From: Octopus sinensis
Lineage: Eukaryota
NCBI RefSeq assembly: GCF_006345805.1
Contig: NC_043004.1
Coordinates: 27,280,001 to 27,344,000 of the forward strand
Direction of reading: 5' to 3'
Length of the DNA stretch: 64,000 nt
In this document: one piece after another, positions 39,591 through 54,081 of the stretch
Layout: each line of letters begins with the position of its first letter
How positions within the stretch are numbered: the first letter of the stretch is position 1
Position numbers and translations under genes: made by a program
Notes under the pieces: generated by a model
What the model saw: the letters and a program-made list of their open reading frames with translations, nothing else
What the model was told of the DNA's origin: nothing
Database searches by the model: none

Positions 39591-39679
39591 TTCACTTATG
39601 CCTTGTGAGACTAATAACCAGGTGTAGAACTCAGTATACATATGCTTTAGAACAAAGTGTTAGTTGAGTACAGAGAGGT

Positions 39680-39915
39680 AATAAGTAAAGGAGACGACAA
39701 AGGAATAAGCAATTATCTTATGAACTTCGTTAGCTTACAGCTGTTTCTGCTATAAGATGCACTGGACTCATAGTTGAGTGCCTGAGGCTTTCAAGGCTCT
39801 GATGCAGTTATAAGGCACTCAAATATGAATCCACTGTATCTTATTGCCGAAACAGCTGTAAGCTAATGAAGTTCATAAGGTAGTCATTTACTTTTTTGTC
39901 ATCTCATTTTCTTAC
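39680..39915. mobile_element. Imperfect palindromic element with a degenerate hammerhead motif (39796-39863, +)
   Basis: 39717-39783 is the reverse complement of 39813-39879, with weaker symmetry beyond; GCU-CUGAUGc..UUAUAAG[loop]CUUAUUGCC-GAA-ACAGCUGU-A-AGC. Confidence 0.6.
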
Positions 39916-39918
39916 ACA

Positions 39919-39959
<41 letters not shown>

Positions 39960-41114
39960 ACATATGTTCTGGAAACGACTATTTTAAACTGCATCCGATT
40001 GTGGGGCTCTGGTTCAGAAGCTCCAGGGTTTTGAGGTGTGTCAGGCAGGTAGATAGTGCTTGTTAGCCTGAGAAGCAACCCATCTGAGGAAAAACATCAT
40101 CATTCCAAACCTTTGCCACCTTGAAGCCATACACCCAGCATAGAAATGACTTCAGGAAACAACAGTGATGAAAAATCAGGTGTTGAAGCTCCTTAGGCAG
40201 TATGATGTTATCTACAGCCTTGTTCTGGAAACAGCTGTGACAGTGCTGGTACCGAATTGAGGACGTGTATGCAGCATGAGCAACAACCTGTCGGCCATAT
40301 AAAACTGCATAGGCTTGGATTCTATCAAACACCCTATGCAGAAGAGATATTGTTTCAGTGGTGTGGACAGCTAAGTCCTTTATCCATGGTCACTTATGAT
40401 AGACAGAGGCTATATATATATGTATATATATATATATACTGTAAAAAAAAAAACATGTAATTTGTGTACCTGTGTAATTTACACAGGAGATTTTCAGGAT
40501 AGAGATTGTTAAAAAAAGCTTATGTAAAATTTGCACTCAAAAGTTTTCAGAATTGTTGGTATGGCCAGGGAAAAGGTTTTCAGTTTAGTTGTGTTTAGCA
40601 TAATTTCTCTTACTTATGATAAGATTTTATTAAATTTTCACTAAATAAAAATAATTTCTGTTTAACAGGTATCACATTAAAAGCTATTAAATTACAACGT
40701 GTTTGTTTTGTCTTCTCATTAAATAAAATCCGTTTTTGCTCACTCTCCATACCTTCCTCTTCCCTCAACATTAGTATTGCAATAAAAATATGTAAATGAA
40801 AAATATGTTGCTGATTGTCTGCTGGTATCTGTGTGTGTGAGTGTGCTTATGTGTGTACATGTAACTGTATGAGACTATGTGGTTTAAGTGCTTCCATGTG
40901 TACGTAACTGTATGAGATTGTGTTTGTGTTTCTCTGCATAACTGTGTGAGATTAATCAGAACTAACCAAAGTATTATCTCACAAATTGTGAGCAGACGAT
41001 AGCTGTATGTATATGTGTATATATATATAATATACATTAATGTACGTTTGTATATATGTGCGTGTGTGTATTTATATATACATGTGCATATGTGTATGTA
41101 TGTATATATATATC

Positions 41115-41146
<32 letters not shown>

Positions 41147-42399
41147 TATACATATATATATATATATTTGGCCGTTCGCCAGCCTCGTCTGGCACCTGTC
41201 GGTGGCACATAAAAACACCATCCGAGCATGGCCGTCTGCCAGCCTCGTCTGGCACCTGTGTCAGTGGCACATAAAATCACCCACTACACTCTCGGAGTGG
41301 TTGGCGTTAGGAAGGGCATCCAGCTGTAGAAACACTGCCAGATCTGACTGGCCTGGTGTAGCCTTCGAGCTTGCCAGACCCCAGTTGAACCGTCCAACCC
41401 ATGCTAGCATGGAAAGCGGACGTTAAACGATGATGATGATGATGATGATATTTCTATATTCACGTGTATATATATATATATGTAAATATACATGTATGCT
41501 TCCCTTTTTTTCGCACATACACTCAAAGTGTGTACACAGGAAAAGTTGTTAAGGATTATCAACAAAAAACAAGGCAGATAAATTTGCGCAGGTGTTGCAA
41601 ATGAAGTTTGATTACCAATAAATATCAGCTGGGATGACACTTTACTCAACCGAGTAAAATATGGCCCAGACCATGATTACCAGCATGTACGTCAGACTTC
41701 AAAAAGTAGTTAACCATTTAATGGTTTTAGTAAATTTATACAGAAAAAGTAAGCATCATACTGTCCAGCATGAATAAAAGTCAACTTCATTATATTTAAA
41801 CTCATTAAATGAGTCAACTTCCGGTACAAACGTTTACATTTTCTACGTCTTTTTTCAACAACAAAAAGAATCCTAAAAAATTCTAGAAATGATCTACTCA
41901 TGTAATTTACATATCCCCTTTTTTTTTTTTTTATTTTGACCTAAAAACGTGCATAAATTACATTGGTTTTTATGGTGTATATATACATATACATACATAC
42001 ATCATCATCATCATCATCATTTAACGTCCGTTTTCTGTGCTAGCACTTGTTGGATGGTTCGACCGGGGTCTGGGGAGCCAGGGGCTGCTCCAGGCTCCAG
42101 TCTGATCTAGCAGTGTTTCTACAGCTGGATGCCCTTCCTAACGCCAACCACTCCACGAGTGTAGTGGGTGCTTTTTTACGTGCCACCTATATATATGATT
42201 GATCGTTAGCTACTAAATGTATGTATGTTTGTATAAATGTATAGGCAAGCAAACTGCTAGTATCTGGCCAGATTATGACATTTATATATATTTTTTATTG
42301 ATAACAGCTTCTTTTTCATTCACGAAAGTGAATGGAGTTTTGGCCAGAAGAAATTGATGTCATCAGATGGTATCCAATGACCATCAGGTGTTTCAACCC

Positions 42400-43250
42400 A
42401 GAATAGCAGCATCCTCCTATTGGTGTGTCAGCAGAGGTATCATCTTCTCCAGGATTAACTCCTTTCTCTTGCTCCACAACAGGTTCTTTCTGCTGTTTCT
42501 CTCATCCTACACACAACCACCCTTTCCTCTTTTCATTTTATCCCAATGGTTGTAACCAACCTCCATAATGACTAAACAAGGAATCCTCAACAGCTAACCC
42601 TGACTGGGATTAGCCATGACAACCACACCCTCTCCTGAAATCTTGCAGAATACTCTCTTCCATTCAAATGCTTGATCCCACCATTCTCCCCATTGGACTG
42701 TAAGTTCAATTAAGATTATTTTCTTTGCCTTTTCAGACCCCAAAAACTAAATATGATCCCAGGATTGTCTGGACAATCTTAGATAACTGCAATTTTTTTC
42801 CCAGGTCAATTTTCATTTTTCATGATTAGGCCCCCATGGGGTAGACTATTTCTTTTTGATGTCCTCACTAGCTTTTTTCCTTCATTCATGAACTTGATTG
42901 CTACTGTTGTTTTCCCCTGATGATGCTGTTTCTTCAGCCATCCCTGTGTGAATAAGTGTTGGCAGCAAACAATAACTATCTGGCGGTGTGTGTTATGCAT
43001 GTGTGTATAGATAGGAAGATTGTGATTGCTCCATTTTCACAGATGATTGCCATCTCCTTGTGCTTCCTCATTGTCAATATCATTTCTAACTTTCCATCCT
43101 CAACCTCTCAGATGACTATTCAGTCCCACTGCAGATGTTTATGGTTTGAAGCACAGGTGACAGACAAAAGTTGTAACTTACTGTTCACTTCCGGCTGGTT
43201 GGGTCTGCACATGTCATCACTAGGACTTTAAGTAGATGGAATGACAAATG
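42400..43250 (-). mobile_element. Degenerate Hero/NeSL-like REL LINE fragment
   Basis: Minus-strand SEKAKKIILIELTVQW.E....AFEWK resembles PD(I/L)V.WS...K...LIELTVPWE; an upstream C...L.QG....H-like motif is also present. Confidence 0.5.
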
Positions 43251-43699
43251 ATGTCAGCATAAAGAGATATCTGTACATCATTAGATTATAAGGAAAGATG
43301 TTTGTACAACACAGGTGCCACTCTCTGAATCCCCATAATTAATACCTAGTGACAGACGGAAGTGAGATAACCAGTAATCACATTAAATTGCAGGTTTAAC
43401 ACCTAGGAATGTCCCTCTTCGAGAAGGATATTGTGATACCAGTTAGAAATCCCTCACTCCCAGTGGTTTTACAGCATACCCTGACACCTACTCCAGGTTT
43501 TTCTCTGTCCCCACACTCAGATGGAATACCATCACATATGCTAGCCAATCAATAGCTGGGCCTTGACAGGTACTACTACTCCGGGTCAGAATTGACCTAA
43601 GAACAATAGTAAGAGGTGGTTTCAACTTCTCTAAACCTGGGAACTCCTGAACCAGGGCTCAAGTACTGGGTGCAGTTTTAAGTTACACCTAGGATGTAC

Positions 43700-43719
43700 A
43701 TACATATATACATACATAC

Positions 43720-43796
<77 letters not shown>

Positions 43797-44110
43797 GATA
43801 GATACATACATACATACATACATACATACATACATACAGATAGATAGGTAGATAGATAGATAGATAGATAGATACTTACATACAGACAGACAGACAGTCA
43901 GACAGACAGACAGATACATACATACATACAGACAGACAGGCAGACAGACTGACAGACAGACAGACAGATAGATAGATAGATACATACATACATACATACA
44001 TACAGATAGATAGATGGATAGATAGATAGATAGATACATACATACATACATACATACATACATGCATGCATGCATGCATATATACATACATAAACACATA
44101 CATACATGCA
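43700..44110. repeat. Compound (GATA)n/(TACA)n/(GACA)n microsatellite
   Basis: Directly visible. Confidence 0.95.
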
Positions 44111-44479
44111 CACAAGGAACACACACTAAACCAAAGGAGTAGTGTATAAGATAATGTAATAGCATAACCAAACCCAAAAAATCCGGCTAGAGACCTCACA
44201 CAGACATACATGCAGACATATATATACTCAGATATAAATGTAACAGACATACAGGGACATAGCCAGAAAGACATTTATTTATACACATGCGTAAATACAT
44301 AGATAACTTATAGTACGTGTGATATAGGAGAAATACAGATGTCACATACAGATCTACAGATATGATTTACGACTATAGAGATAAGCCCATGCAAACGTAC
44401 AGATATGGGATACAAATCCACAATAGGATCAAAGTTCTTGACATTTTCTAGAAATGTTTTAGCAGTTAATGCGTATTTG

Positions 44480-45055
44480 TTAGTTGGAAAGGATACAACT
44501 GAAGCAGTTAAAGAATAGCTTTCTAACCCATGCAGTGTGAATCATTGGTAAAATAACAAAGTCTCTGATTTTAATGTTCCAACTTTTTTTACCAATGACT
44601 GTTTTTCATCAACAAATGAATATTTTGCTTCATTATAAAAATTGAATACGTGTTGTTCCGTATTAACAGAATCAAATGACAAAATATTTTCACCACTTGA
44701 TAACTTTGTAAATTCTTGTGGAAAATTTATGTCTTTTCAGTGAGACAGAAGAAAGAGTCCTTTGTTTTTCTTAAATTTGGCATTTCATGCAATACTTGTT
44801 TGGAAATTTTGCTACTTGACTGCATACAACAATTACATCAAACAGTATGAAAGAGGGAACTCAGTTGTATTTTTAGCATTTCCATGGTGTTTTCTCACAA
44901 ATTTTTGATGCTTCAATCAATACTACATTGGCAGTGTGATGGTTTCCTCCTCATTGACTCATTATAACATCAATAACTGAACTCCCTCAAGCACAACAGT
45001 TTTGGAATATTTTTCATTCACCTGTTTACCTTTAGAATATAAATGGATCATTTCT
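44480..45055 (-). mobile_element. Degenerate MULE/Mutator-like transposase fragment
   Basis: Minus-strand INFPQEFTKLSSGENILSFDS..EQHVFNF resembles the IP..Y..T..GE.FL..DS....RI.IF block before the MULE DDE core; stops present. Confidence 0.35.
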
Positions 45056-47101
45056 TTTATCCTTACTTGTTCCAGTCATTAGACTGCAACCATGCTGGGG
45101 TACCACCCCAAACAGTATTAGTCAAATGCATTGACCCCCCCAGTACTTGTTATTTTTTGTAAAACCTGATACTTATGCTATCAGTCATTTTTGCTGAACT
45201 GCTAGGCTATGGCAATGGAACACCAGCACTGGTTGTCAAACAGTGGGGGTGGAGACAAACATAAAGACACACACACTCTTAGGTACACACACACACTCTT
45301 AGGTACACACACACACATGCATGCATGCACACACACACACACACACACACCACACACACACACTCACACACACACACATATATATACATATATACATGAC
45401 AGACTTCTTTCAGTTTCCATCTACCAAAATCTTTTCACAAGGCTTTGGTTGGTCTGAGGCTATAGTTGAAGACACTTGCCCAAGGTGCCAGTCAGTGGAA
45501 CTGAACCTGGAACAAGTGCTTGGCAAGCAAACTTCTTACTAATCAGTCATGCCAATGCTTATGCTAACATTAAAAAATTTTTTTTCCTTTCTCTGAATTG
45601 AAGAAATTGATGTACCAAAATGTAATAGGCTCATTAAAAAATATTAAATGTTTAAATGACAATAGAATTTCAACTTTAAAGATGGTTTTGTGCAAGTAGA
45701 CTTAACTATTTTTTGTGAATATGTAATAAATCAACTACTTATGGGTAAAACTCCATTATGGTCAACTTTACCTTTTATCTTTCCAAGGGTGACAAAATAA
45801 ATTTAATTAACTAAACCCTTTTCTTTAGAATTGCTGGCCTTTTGCCTAAATTAGAATTAATTATATGCTAATCAGTAAATTCACAAATTGGTGAATTATT
45901 GGAAACTAATTACAAGTGGTAAATTTTTCACACAGAGTATGGACATGTAGTGCATGGGGGGTGGGTATCAGCAGGAATACAGTTCACTGAACCAACTTGA
46001 AGTGGACCTTGTAGACAAGGCACCAGAAGGTCTCACTATTGGCAAGAGATCAAGAAGCCTTGCTGCTATTTAGAAGGCAAGAGACATCTCAGAATGTACA
46101 CTTTGCTGGTGATTCTCTAACAATTATTGAAATGAGAGACAAACACTGGGCAGTAATGTAAACACTTTTTTCTTCTTCAAGGAAACATCATAGAAATGTT
46201 GGTGTGACCAATCTTTGGCTGTGTGACTTAGTTGGAGAGACATAATAGGACCAACAGTTTTGTTTTTTTTATTGGTGTGGCTTGAGGGATGGGGAGCTCT
46301 CATGCCCTTTACAGACTCCTCAAGACTAATTTGACTGTTGTGGTTAATGTTGTTCATAAACTGGTGCAGGTTGACATTAGGGGGAGCAATGGTTGGCAGA
46401 GTGGGAATTTCAGAGAGACAGGAAGAAGGACTGGACAAAGTAGTTATTATATGAATAATAGTTTCAATTTTTGGCACAAAGCCAGCAATTTTAGGGTAGT
46501 GGGTAAGTTGATTACAATTGAAACCAGTGCTCAACTGGCACTTATTTTATCGACCTATTTATTTGAACTCAGAACATGAAGATGGACAACATGCCACTAA
46601 GCATTTTGCCCAACATGCTAACAATTCTACCTGCTCACTACATTCTAAAATGAATAATGAGAGGAGGAGACATGAGGCCTACGAGAAAGACCATCAATGT
46701 TCCTTGTAGTAGCAGTAGAAGAGACAAAAGACAGTAATTAGCTTTACTTGCACACATCTTCCTGATAACTTTTCTAAAATATGACTCAGTAATTTTACCA
46801 ATTTACATTCCTTGCCACACTAATTTTTATTCTAAACATTTTGGTTGTTAACTTTTGGATCCCTATATAAAATATGTAGTATTTTGGCCCCAGGCTTTCT
46901 AAATGTAACCTTTTTTTATTGGTGTTGATGTAATAATAATGCACTTAGTGTTGATTTTTTGATTTTATTTAACTCAGTGTTTGGTTATTATTGTCTTTGG
47001 AAATATTCTACCATGACAAAACCGTCTATGATCTGAAAGAGTTTTAATCTGAATTGTTTTCTAATTACTTTATTACTTTTTCTCTCAATCTCCTTGTTTC
47101 C

Positions 47102-47134
<33 letters not shown>

Positions 47135-47207
47135 ACCACTCCACTTCTCTCCTCTCTCTCTTTCTCTCCATTTTGCTATCCGTCTTTTCTCCCGCTGAAC
47201 CTCTTTT

Positions 47208-47238
<31 letters not shown>

Positions 47239-47260
47239 TCCTCTTCTCTCCCTACCCATT

Positions 47261-47304
<44 letters not shown>

Positions 47305-48344
47305 CCTTCTCTCCACACAATCATGAATTTGACATTTATTTTCAAATTACAATATTTGTTGAAATATTTGAAACAAGGAGTGACATACTGTGAACACCGA
47401 AACTAGGTGCGATTAACATTAAAGCATTCTTTTATTTCATATTATTTTCTATGAAAAAAATAACTTTCCATATGTTTTAAAATGTATAAATGTCTGTGTA
47501 TGTATCTGTGTGAGTATATGTGTGTGTGTGTGTGTGTATATATAATATATATTATATAATGTGCTATGTTTATAAATATTACAAAAACTCATTAAACACA
47601 CAGAAATCAATATGTTTTATAAACAACAACGTTAGAGTAACACACACTTGGATATATTGGGTAAATAGATAGTTATCATAGTGACAGGAGAGATATTTAT
47701 GAATAAATATGTCGTCAAGCACACAAGGGAGACACATAGATGAAAAGATGGATAAAAGACAAATGTTTTAGGTACTACAGAAGATAATGTGGATATTGTA
47801 GCACGATAAACTCAAATGGTATTGTACAAAATAGATGTAATACGTTTAAAAGATGGAGTACTATGTTTATTAATAGCTATGAAACTATCGACTGTATTAG
47901 AGGCCAGGTCACAGAAGTAGAACAACAATTTTGACACCTTAGGAAAAACATTTTTAATGATTATAGTTTTGTGTGTTTTTAATGGTTTCAATGATAGTTC
48001 ATTGATATTATCACTATGGAAATGTGAACTATGTAGAAATAGTTGAAGTAACATACTATGAATGTCAGAAGATAAACTGGCAAGATGGACTGTCTTAATT
48101 AAGAAAAGAAGCCTGTCATGTGTGTGTGTGTGGTGTGTGTGTGTGCACATGTGGTTGTGTTTCTATTGTGTTTGTCTCCACCACCATATGACAACGTCCT
48201 TGTTAGCAGTTCAATGAGAGAAACTGCTAGAACAAGTACCAGACTACAAAAATAAATAGTTATTAATGATCTGTATGATTAAACTCTTCAAGGCAATATC
48301 CCAGCATTGTTGCAGTCCAGTGACTGAACCAAGCAACAGATAAA

Positions 48345-48900
48345 AGTCAGGTCAGTGTGTAATCTACGTAGGTCAGTTGGTCAAAAAATTGATCAGCACC
48401 AGATATGATGTCACCATCATTGTGATACTGGTTTCAATCCAAGCGTTTTTTTCATGTTGGGGAATAGATGGACCCAGATCAAGAAAACAGGGAGGTTGAT
48501 CAACCAGTTCAAAGCCACAGTCATCATGCACAGCAGCCATTGAGACCAACAACTTGTGTGCTGGAGCATTATCAGTTTTCCTGGGTGTTTGGTCTTGATA
48601 GTTTTCTGTAACTGTTTCAGCAAGATGGCTTAGTACTCTCCATTGATGTTGTGGCCCTTTTGTGAGATAGTCAATAAACACAATGCCATTTGCATCCAGA
48701 AAACTGAGAGGCCATCACCTTCCCTGTAGAGGAAATAACTGTGGCCTTCTTAGGAGCAGGTGAGGAGGGGTGTTTCCACTGCATGGATTGTCTCTTTGTC
48801 TCTGGCTCAAAGGGATGAAGCCAACACTTATCCTGGGTTAAGAAACATTCAAGGAAACCAGCAGGATCTACCACAAAAAATGTCATATTTCCTGTGAAGT
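48345..48900 (-). mobile_element. Mariner relic (partial, same family as 16643-17806)
   Basis: FLTQDKCWLHPFEPETKRQSMQWKHPSSPAPKK and DNAPAH motifs; nucleotide similarity to ~16850-17340. Confidence 0.85.
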
Positions 48901-49039
48901 GATCAGATCAGTGTAATTTTATCCTGCTTTTGTACACAGACTTTTTCAAATGGACAAAACCCTTTGTAACTTTCGTCCTGTGTTTTGTCCCTTTATGTTT
49001 TAACTGATTTTTGTTAGCCCTTGTGGCCAATAAACGAAT

Positions 49040-49041
49040 TA

Positions 49042-49076
<35 letters not shown>

Positions 49077-49320
49077 CATCATCATCATCATCATTATTAT
49101 TAATATTATTATTATTATCATTATTATTATTATTATTATTGAGGTCACTGCCTGAAATTGAACTCGGAATCTTAGGGTTAGTAGCTCGCACTCTTAACCA
49201 CTATGCCATATGCCCATGGGCTACTAACTCCAAGATTCTGAGTTCAATTCCAGGCAGTGACTTGAATAATAAAATAATAATAATAATATATAATAAATAA
49301 TAATAATATAATAATAATTT
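49040..49320. mobile_element. Head-to-head pair of tRNA-like SINE heads, each followed by (TAA)n
   Basis: 49141-49214 (-) is a complete head like that at 31716; 49218-49265 (+) is a 5'-truncated copy; TTA tract on the left, TAA tract on the right. Confidence 0.75.
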
Positions 49321-50123
49321 TCTTCTCTCTAAAAACATCACGCTTTTCTTTTTGTGGACTTACAAAACCCTAAAACTTTCTATGAAAATCTGACTTTTCT
49401 TTGCTTCCTCCCTGAATATTCAAATATAAATGTAAACATATACTTTTTATTGTAAAAACCACACTGTTCTTCTAACTGGACATACAAACATCTCTAGAAA
49501 AGTCAACTTCAACCTCCACAATATTACCTTACAGGAAATATAAAAACTTTTTATTGCAATAACACAAACGCACATGGAAAAAAACAAAAAAAAATGATGA
49601 TGCTAAGATTCTCTCTGGCCGAACACAACTTCTCTATTCACAACAATACAGAACAGCCTTCCTTAATTTTTTTTAAGCCTAATAGTAGTAAACATTTTTT
49701 GACCAATAGGACCCCACCTAAAAAAAAAAAAAAAAAAATCACTGATGGTGATGGTGATGATGGTGATGATGATAATAATGATAGTAATAGTGCTGATAAT
49801 CTATCTATCTATCTACACAACACACACACACTCAAAGAGTTCAAACAACACAAAGAAAGTATTATTTGACAGCAAGAACTCTGGTGTTGAAGACAGTCAG
49901 CCAGCCAACCACCAAGCCAGCCAACGAGACAGACAGACACTACTGTGATGGCGATAATGATAAAAAACAAAAATAACAATAATAAGATACTGCTGTGACT
50001 ACACATAAAACAATATCATTGATGATGATGGTGGTGTGGTGATGGTGATGATGATAATAATGATGGTAATGGTGGTGATAATGATGATAGTGATGGTAAT
50101 GGTGATGATAATAACAATAATAA

Positions 50124-53100
50124 GCCGACTACGGCTGCTATAATGGTATGATTATAATTGTAACGGCAATGATGGCCGTCTCCCCACGAGCCAATCAAAG
50201 CTAAAAAATGATAACATTATCGGAGCACCAAAATGTTTTTGGAAACTAAAAGGAAAACTAAATCAGTATACCAAATCGCTTGTCCTATGGTTAATCTGGG
50301 AAGAGCCAGCCTGGGATCGAAAAGTCATCAACTGGCACAAACTCTTCTCCGAATACGGACATGAATGGTCACTTGAATGGGAAATCCCCCAACTCGAGCC
50401 CTCCAAGTTCACCACCACAGAAAGAAAAATGTAAGCGGAACAAATGGACCCGAGAAGAGTATAAAGAAGTAATATACGCTTATTACTATGCATTAGGTAG
50501 GCCATCTCAAGAGAGACACACCGCACTCTTACAGTATATGGAGAACACGGAATCAAGACAGTAGGCCCTATTTAGACGAGAACAAATTAGCAAATGTGAG
50601 GAGGGATATCCTTAGAAATAACAGACTCACAGACAGTGAAATAAGCGCGATCAAGCACGCAACGGAAAATGACATAAATATAAGACACAAGGAAATGAAG
50701 AATCAGATGAACAGTATAGCCCGCCACGAGGCTTAATTGAAAGACTGCCATCTGACCAAAGTACGCAAAGGCCTGAAGATACAAGAAATTCTATTGTACC
50801 TGTTAAAGATAGCCAGGAAAACGAAAAAACAACAGTAACTGAAGATCTCGCATTTGCTGAAGAACACAGAGAGTCTATGGCAGAAATGAGGCAGAAAATC
50901 CTGAATACGCTTGAAGTTGTAAGACATACAAGTATGAATGATAGAGAACCACTTCATAAACTCTCAAATACAAACCAAATAAAAACAAATCCAAATTGGC
51001 AACTATGTAACAAATGAAATAATACGAGAATTAAAACCGATTTTACTGAGTTAAATGAAATTATTTACGCTTCTGCTAGGGCAATTGAAACCAGCTGTAT
51101 GCCCCCGAAAAACAAAGAAAACAAAACCTGGGAAGAAATCAAACCTGGAGAAGTAAAATTGAAAAGAGATTGAATTTATGAGAGGGGAAATATCAATATT
51201 AAGTGAACTAATATGTGGAAATGATGTAAGATCCAGAACAGGAAGAAAGATGAAGAGAAAATTTGGATCCTCACCAAGAGAAGAACTGATATCAATAAAA
51301 GAGAAACGCTGAAACAAAAAGTCCAAGCAAAAGCCCAAAGAATACGAAGATTTGAGAAGAGAAACAAGTTTTACAAGCAAAATAAGCTGTTCACATCCAA
51401 TGCCAAAAATTCTACAGAGAATAGGGAAGGAGAAAGTAACCGTTAAAGACCCCCTCCCATGGAAGAAGTTCAAAACTTTTGGAAAAGGATTTGGAGTGAC
51501 AAGAAGACGTACAACATAAATTCAGACTGGATTATACAAACTGAAGGATCCTACCAAAATTTACAACAACAAGCATGGGAAGACATCACAATAGCAGACC
51601 TAAGAAAGGCACTCACGAAGGCCCATAATTGGAAATCCCCCGGTAAAGATAGGGTGCCGAATTTCTGGCTCGCATCGCTCCCATGCGCACACGGTAAGCT
51701 AGTTCAGCTGCTCAATGGAAATGAGAGACCCAAAGAAAACACCTGAATGGTTAGCAAGTGGCATTACTTACCTACTCCCAAAGAATAACGAAACCAACCT
51801 TCCAAAAAAACTATCGGCCTATAACCTGTCTATCCACCACGTATAAAATCCTAACATCTATCCTGGCAGAGAAAACATATGCATTCTTGGAGAAGAATGA
51901 TATTTTCCCCATTGAACAAAAAGGGTGCCGCCGAGGCTCTTACGGATGCAAAGATCAACTGCTAATCAATCGTATGATCCTTGAGAACTGTCACAACAAG
52001 CGCAGAAATCTCAGCACCGCATGGATTGACTACAAAAAGGCCTTCGACAGTATACCGCATGGATCTTGAGATCGCTGGACATCTTCAAAATTTCCCCTGT
52101 GATTTCAAACTTCCTGAAGCACAATATGTCGTTGTGGAATACGAATCTCCAATTATACCACTCTAATGGAGTACTTGCCTCAGAAAATATAAACATCAAC
52201 TGTGGAATTTTCAAGGTGACTCACTTTCACCTTTAATATTCTGCATAGCCCTAATACCCCTTACAAGTGAATTAAACAGAACAGGGTATGGGTATAAAAT
52301 TGCCAATAAAAAAATAAGCCATCTATTTTATATGGATGACTTAAAACTTTATGGTAAAGACAATAATGAACTTGAAGGCCTATTGCGCACCGTGAAAGCA
52401 TTCAGCGATGACATCGGGATAGAGTTGGACTTGAGAGTGTGCCAAGGCCACTTTCCAGAAAGGGAAAGTGAAGACCATAAATTCAGTCGTGTTAGATGTT
52501 GACACAGTCATAAGAGAGCTTGAGCAAGAACAAACATACAAATATTTAGGGATAAATGAAGGCTCTGGTATTCAGCATGCAAGCATGAAAGAGAAAATCA
52601 GGAAGGAATGTTATAGGAGAGTTCGTGCAGTCCTGAAATCTGAACTAAATGCACGTAACAAGGTTCTAGCTATAAATTCCTTAGCAGTTCCAGTTGTTAC
52701 TTATAGCTACAATGTGTTGAACTGGAATATGAGTGAAGTAAAGAATATAGATAGAAAAATACGCAAGCTGCTGAGTTGCAATAGGATGCACCACCCAAAG
52801 GCAGACGTAGATCGCCTTTACCTTCCCAGAGCCCAAGGAGGTCGAGGCTGATCCAATTTGAACTAGTTTACAAAACAACCACAATTGGACTGGCCAAATA
52901 TCTCGAAATATCGAATGACTGGATGCTAAAGCTCGTGGAAAATCAGAGCGAAGAAAGAAGCTTCATTATCATAAAGGAAAGCAAAAAATTGCTATTGATC
53001 TCGTGCAGGATACCCAAACTGAACAACCCGAGGGAAGTACGGCAACTATGTTGTAAAGAAGGTGAAAATGATGGCAATGAAGAAAAGCGCCACGAGCAAT

Positions 53101-54057
53101 TGGCTGATAGGTGGGAGGAGAAACCTCTGCACGGCAAATATGTGACCTGCAGCAAACAAGCTGATGTTGACCAGAAGCAAACCATCAGTGGCTACGGAGC
53201 TCAGGGCTAAAAGCAGAGAGCGAAGGTTTCATCCTGGCTGCTCAAGATCAAAGCCTATTAACCCAGAACTACCAGGCCAATGTGATGAAAAATGGAGCAG
53301 AACCAAAATGCCGATTCTGCAACGACATGATTGAAACAGTGGACCATCTAATCTCTGGATGTAAAGTCTTAGCACCAGTGGAGTATAAATTAAGACATGA
53401 CAGAGTTGGCCAATATCTCCACTGGCTAATAAGTCGGCATTACAATATCAAAACTGCCGACAAGTGGTATAATCACCACCCTGAGGCTGTAACTGAAGAG
53501 GAGAAAATGTAACCATTCTGTGGGACTTTCCAGTACATACAGACCGAACCATCAAGGCCAATAAACCAGATATTGTTGTGAAAGACCAAAACAATAAAGT
53601 TTGCTTATTGATCGACATGAGTATCCCCTGTGATCATAATATCTCAGCAAAAGAGTTTGACAAGCTCAGAAAATATAAAGACCTACTCATTGAAATTGAG
53701 AGAAAATGTGCATCTCAAGGCGGTTACAATACCAATGATCGTAGGAGCACTAGGAATGATCAAGAAGGGAACCGAAAATTATATGAGAATGATCCCTGGC
53801 TTACCATCCCTGCAAGAAGTGCAAAAGATTGTCTTAACTGGTACATCACACGTATTGAGAAGAGCATTGTCGATGTGAGAACTGTTGCTGCTCATGTATT
53901 TTAATTTAACTTTAAAAAAAAAAAAAATAAATAAATAAACGAACTACTGAGTTTGGTTTAATGGCCTACCAATGTATACTATGAGTTTCTTTGCCCTAGG
54001 AGTCGGGAAGACACTCGGCAAGAAATGGAAGCAAATTTGAAAGAAGAAAAAAAAAAA
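50124..54057 (+). mobile_element. Full-length R4/Dong-clade non-LTR retrotransposon (RT + CCHC + REL endonuclease), frameshifted in this sequence
   Basis: KWTREE N-terminal motif; RT motifs YRPITCL, EQKGC, WIDYKKAFDS, GI/FQGDSLSP, LFYMDDLKLY; CRFC..ETVDHLISGC..RHD; WDF...KPDIVVKD..LIDMSIP..KY; poly-A 3' end; TAA repeats on both flanks. Confidence 0.92.
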
Positions 54058-54081
54058 TAATAATAATAATAATAATAATAA

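Noticed and set aside
50124-50215. Possible HDV-like ribozyme in the R4/Dong 5' UTR (CUCCCC loop, GCUAA)
   Set aside because: I could not pair P1 and P2 consistently by eye; an RNArobo HDV descriptor search on the family consensus would decide.
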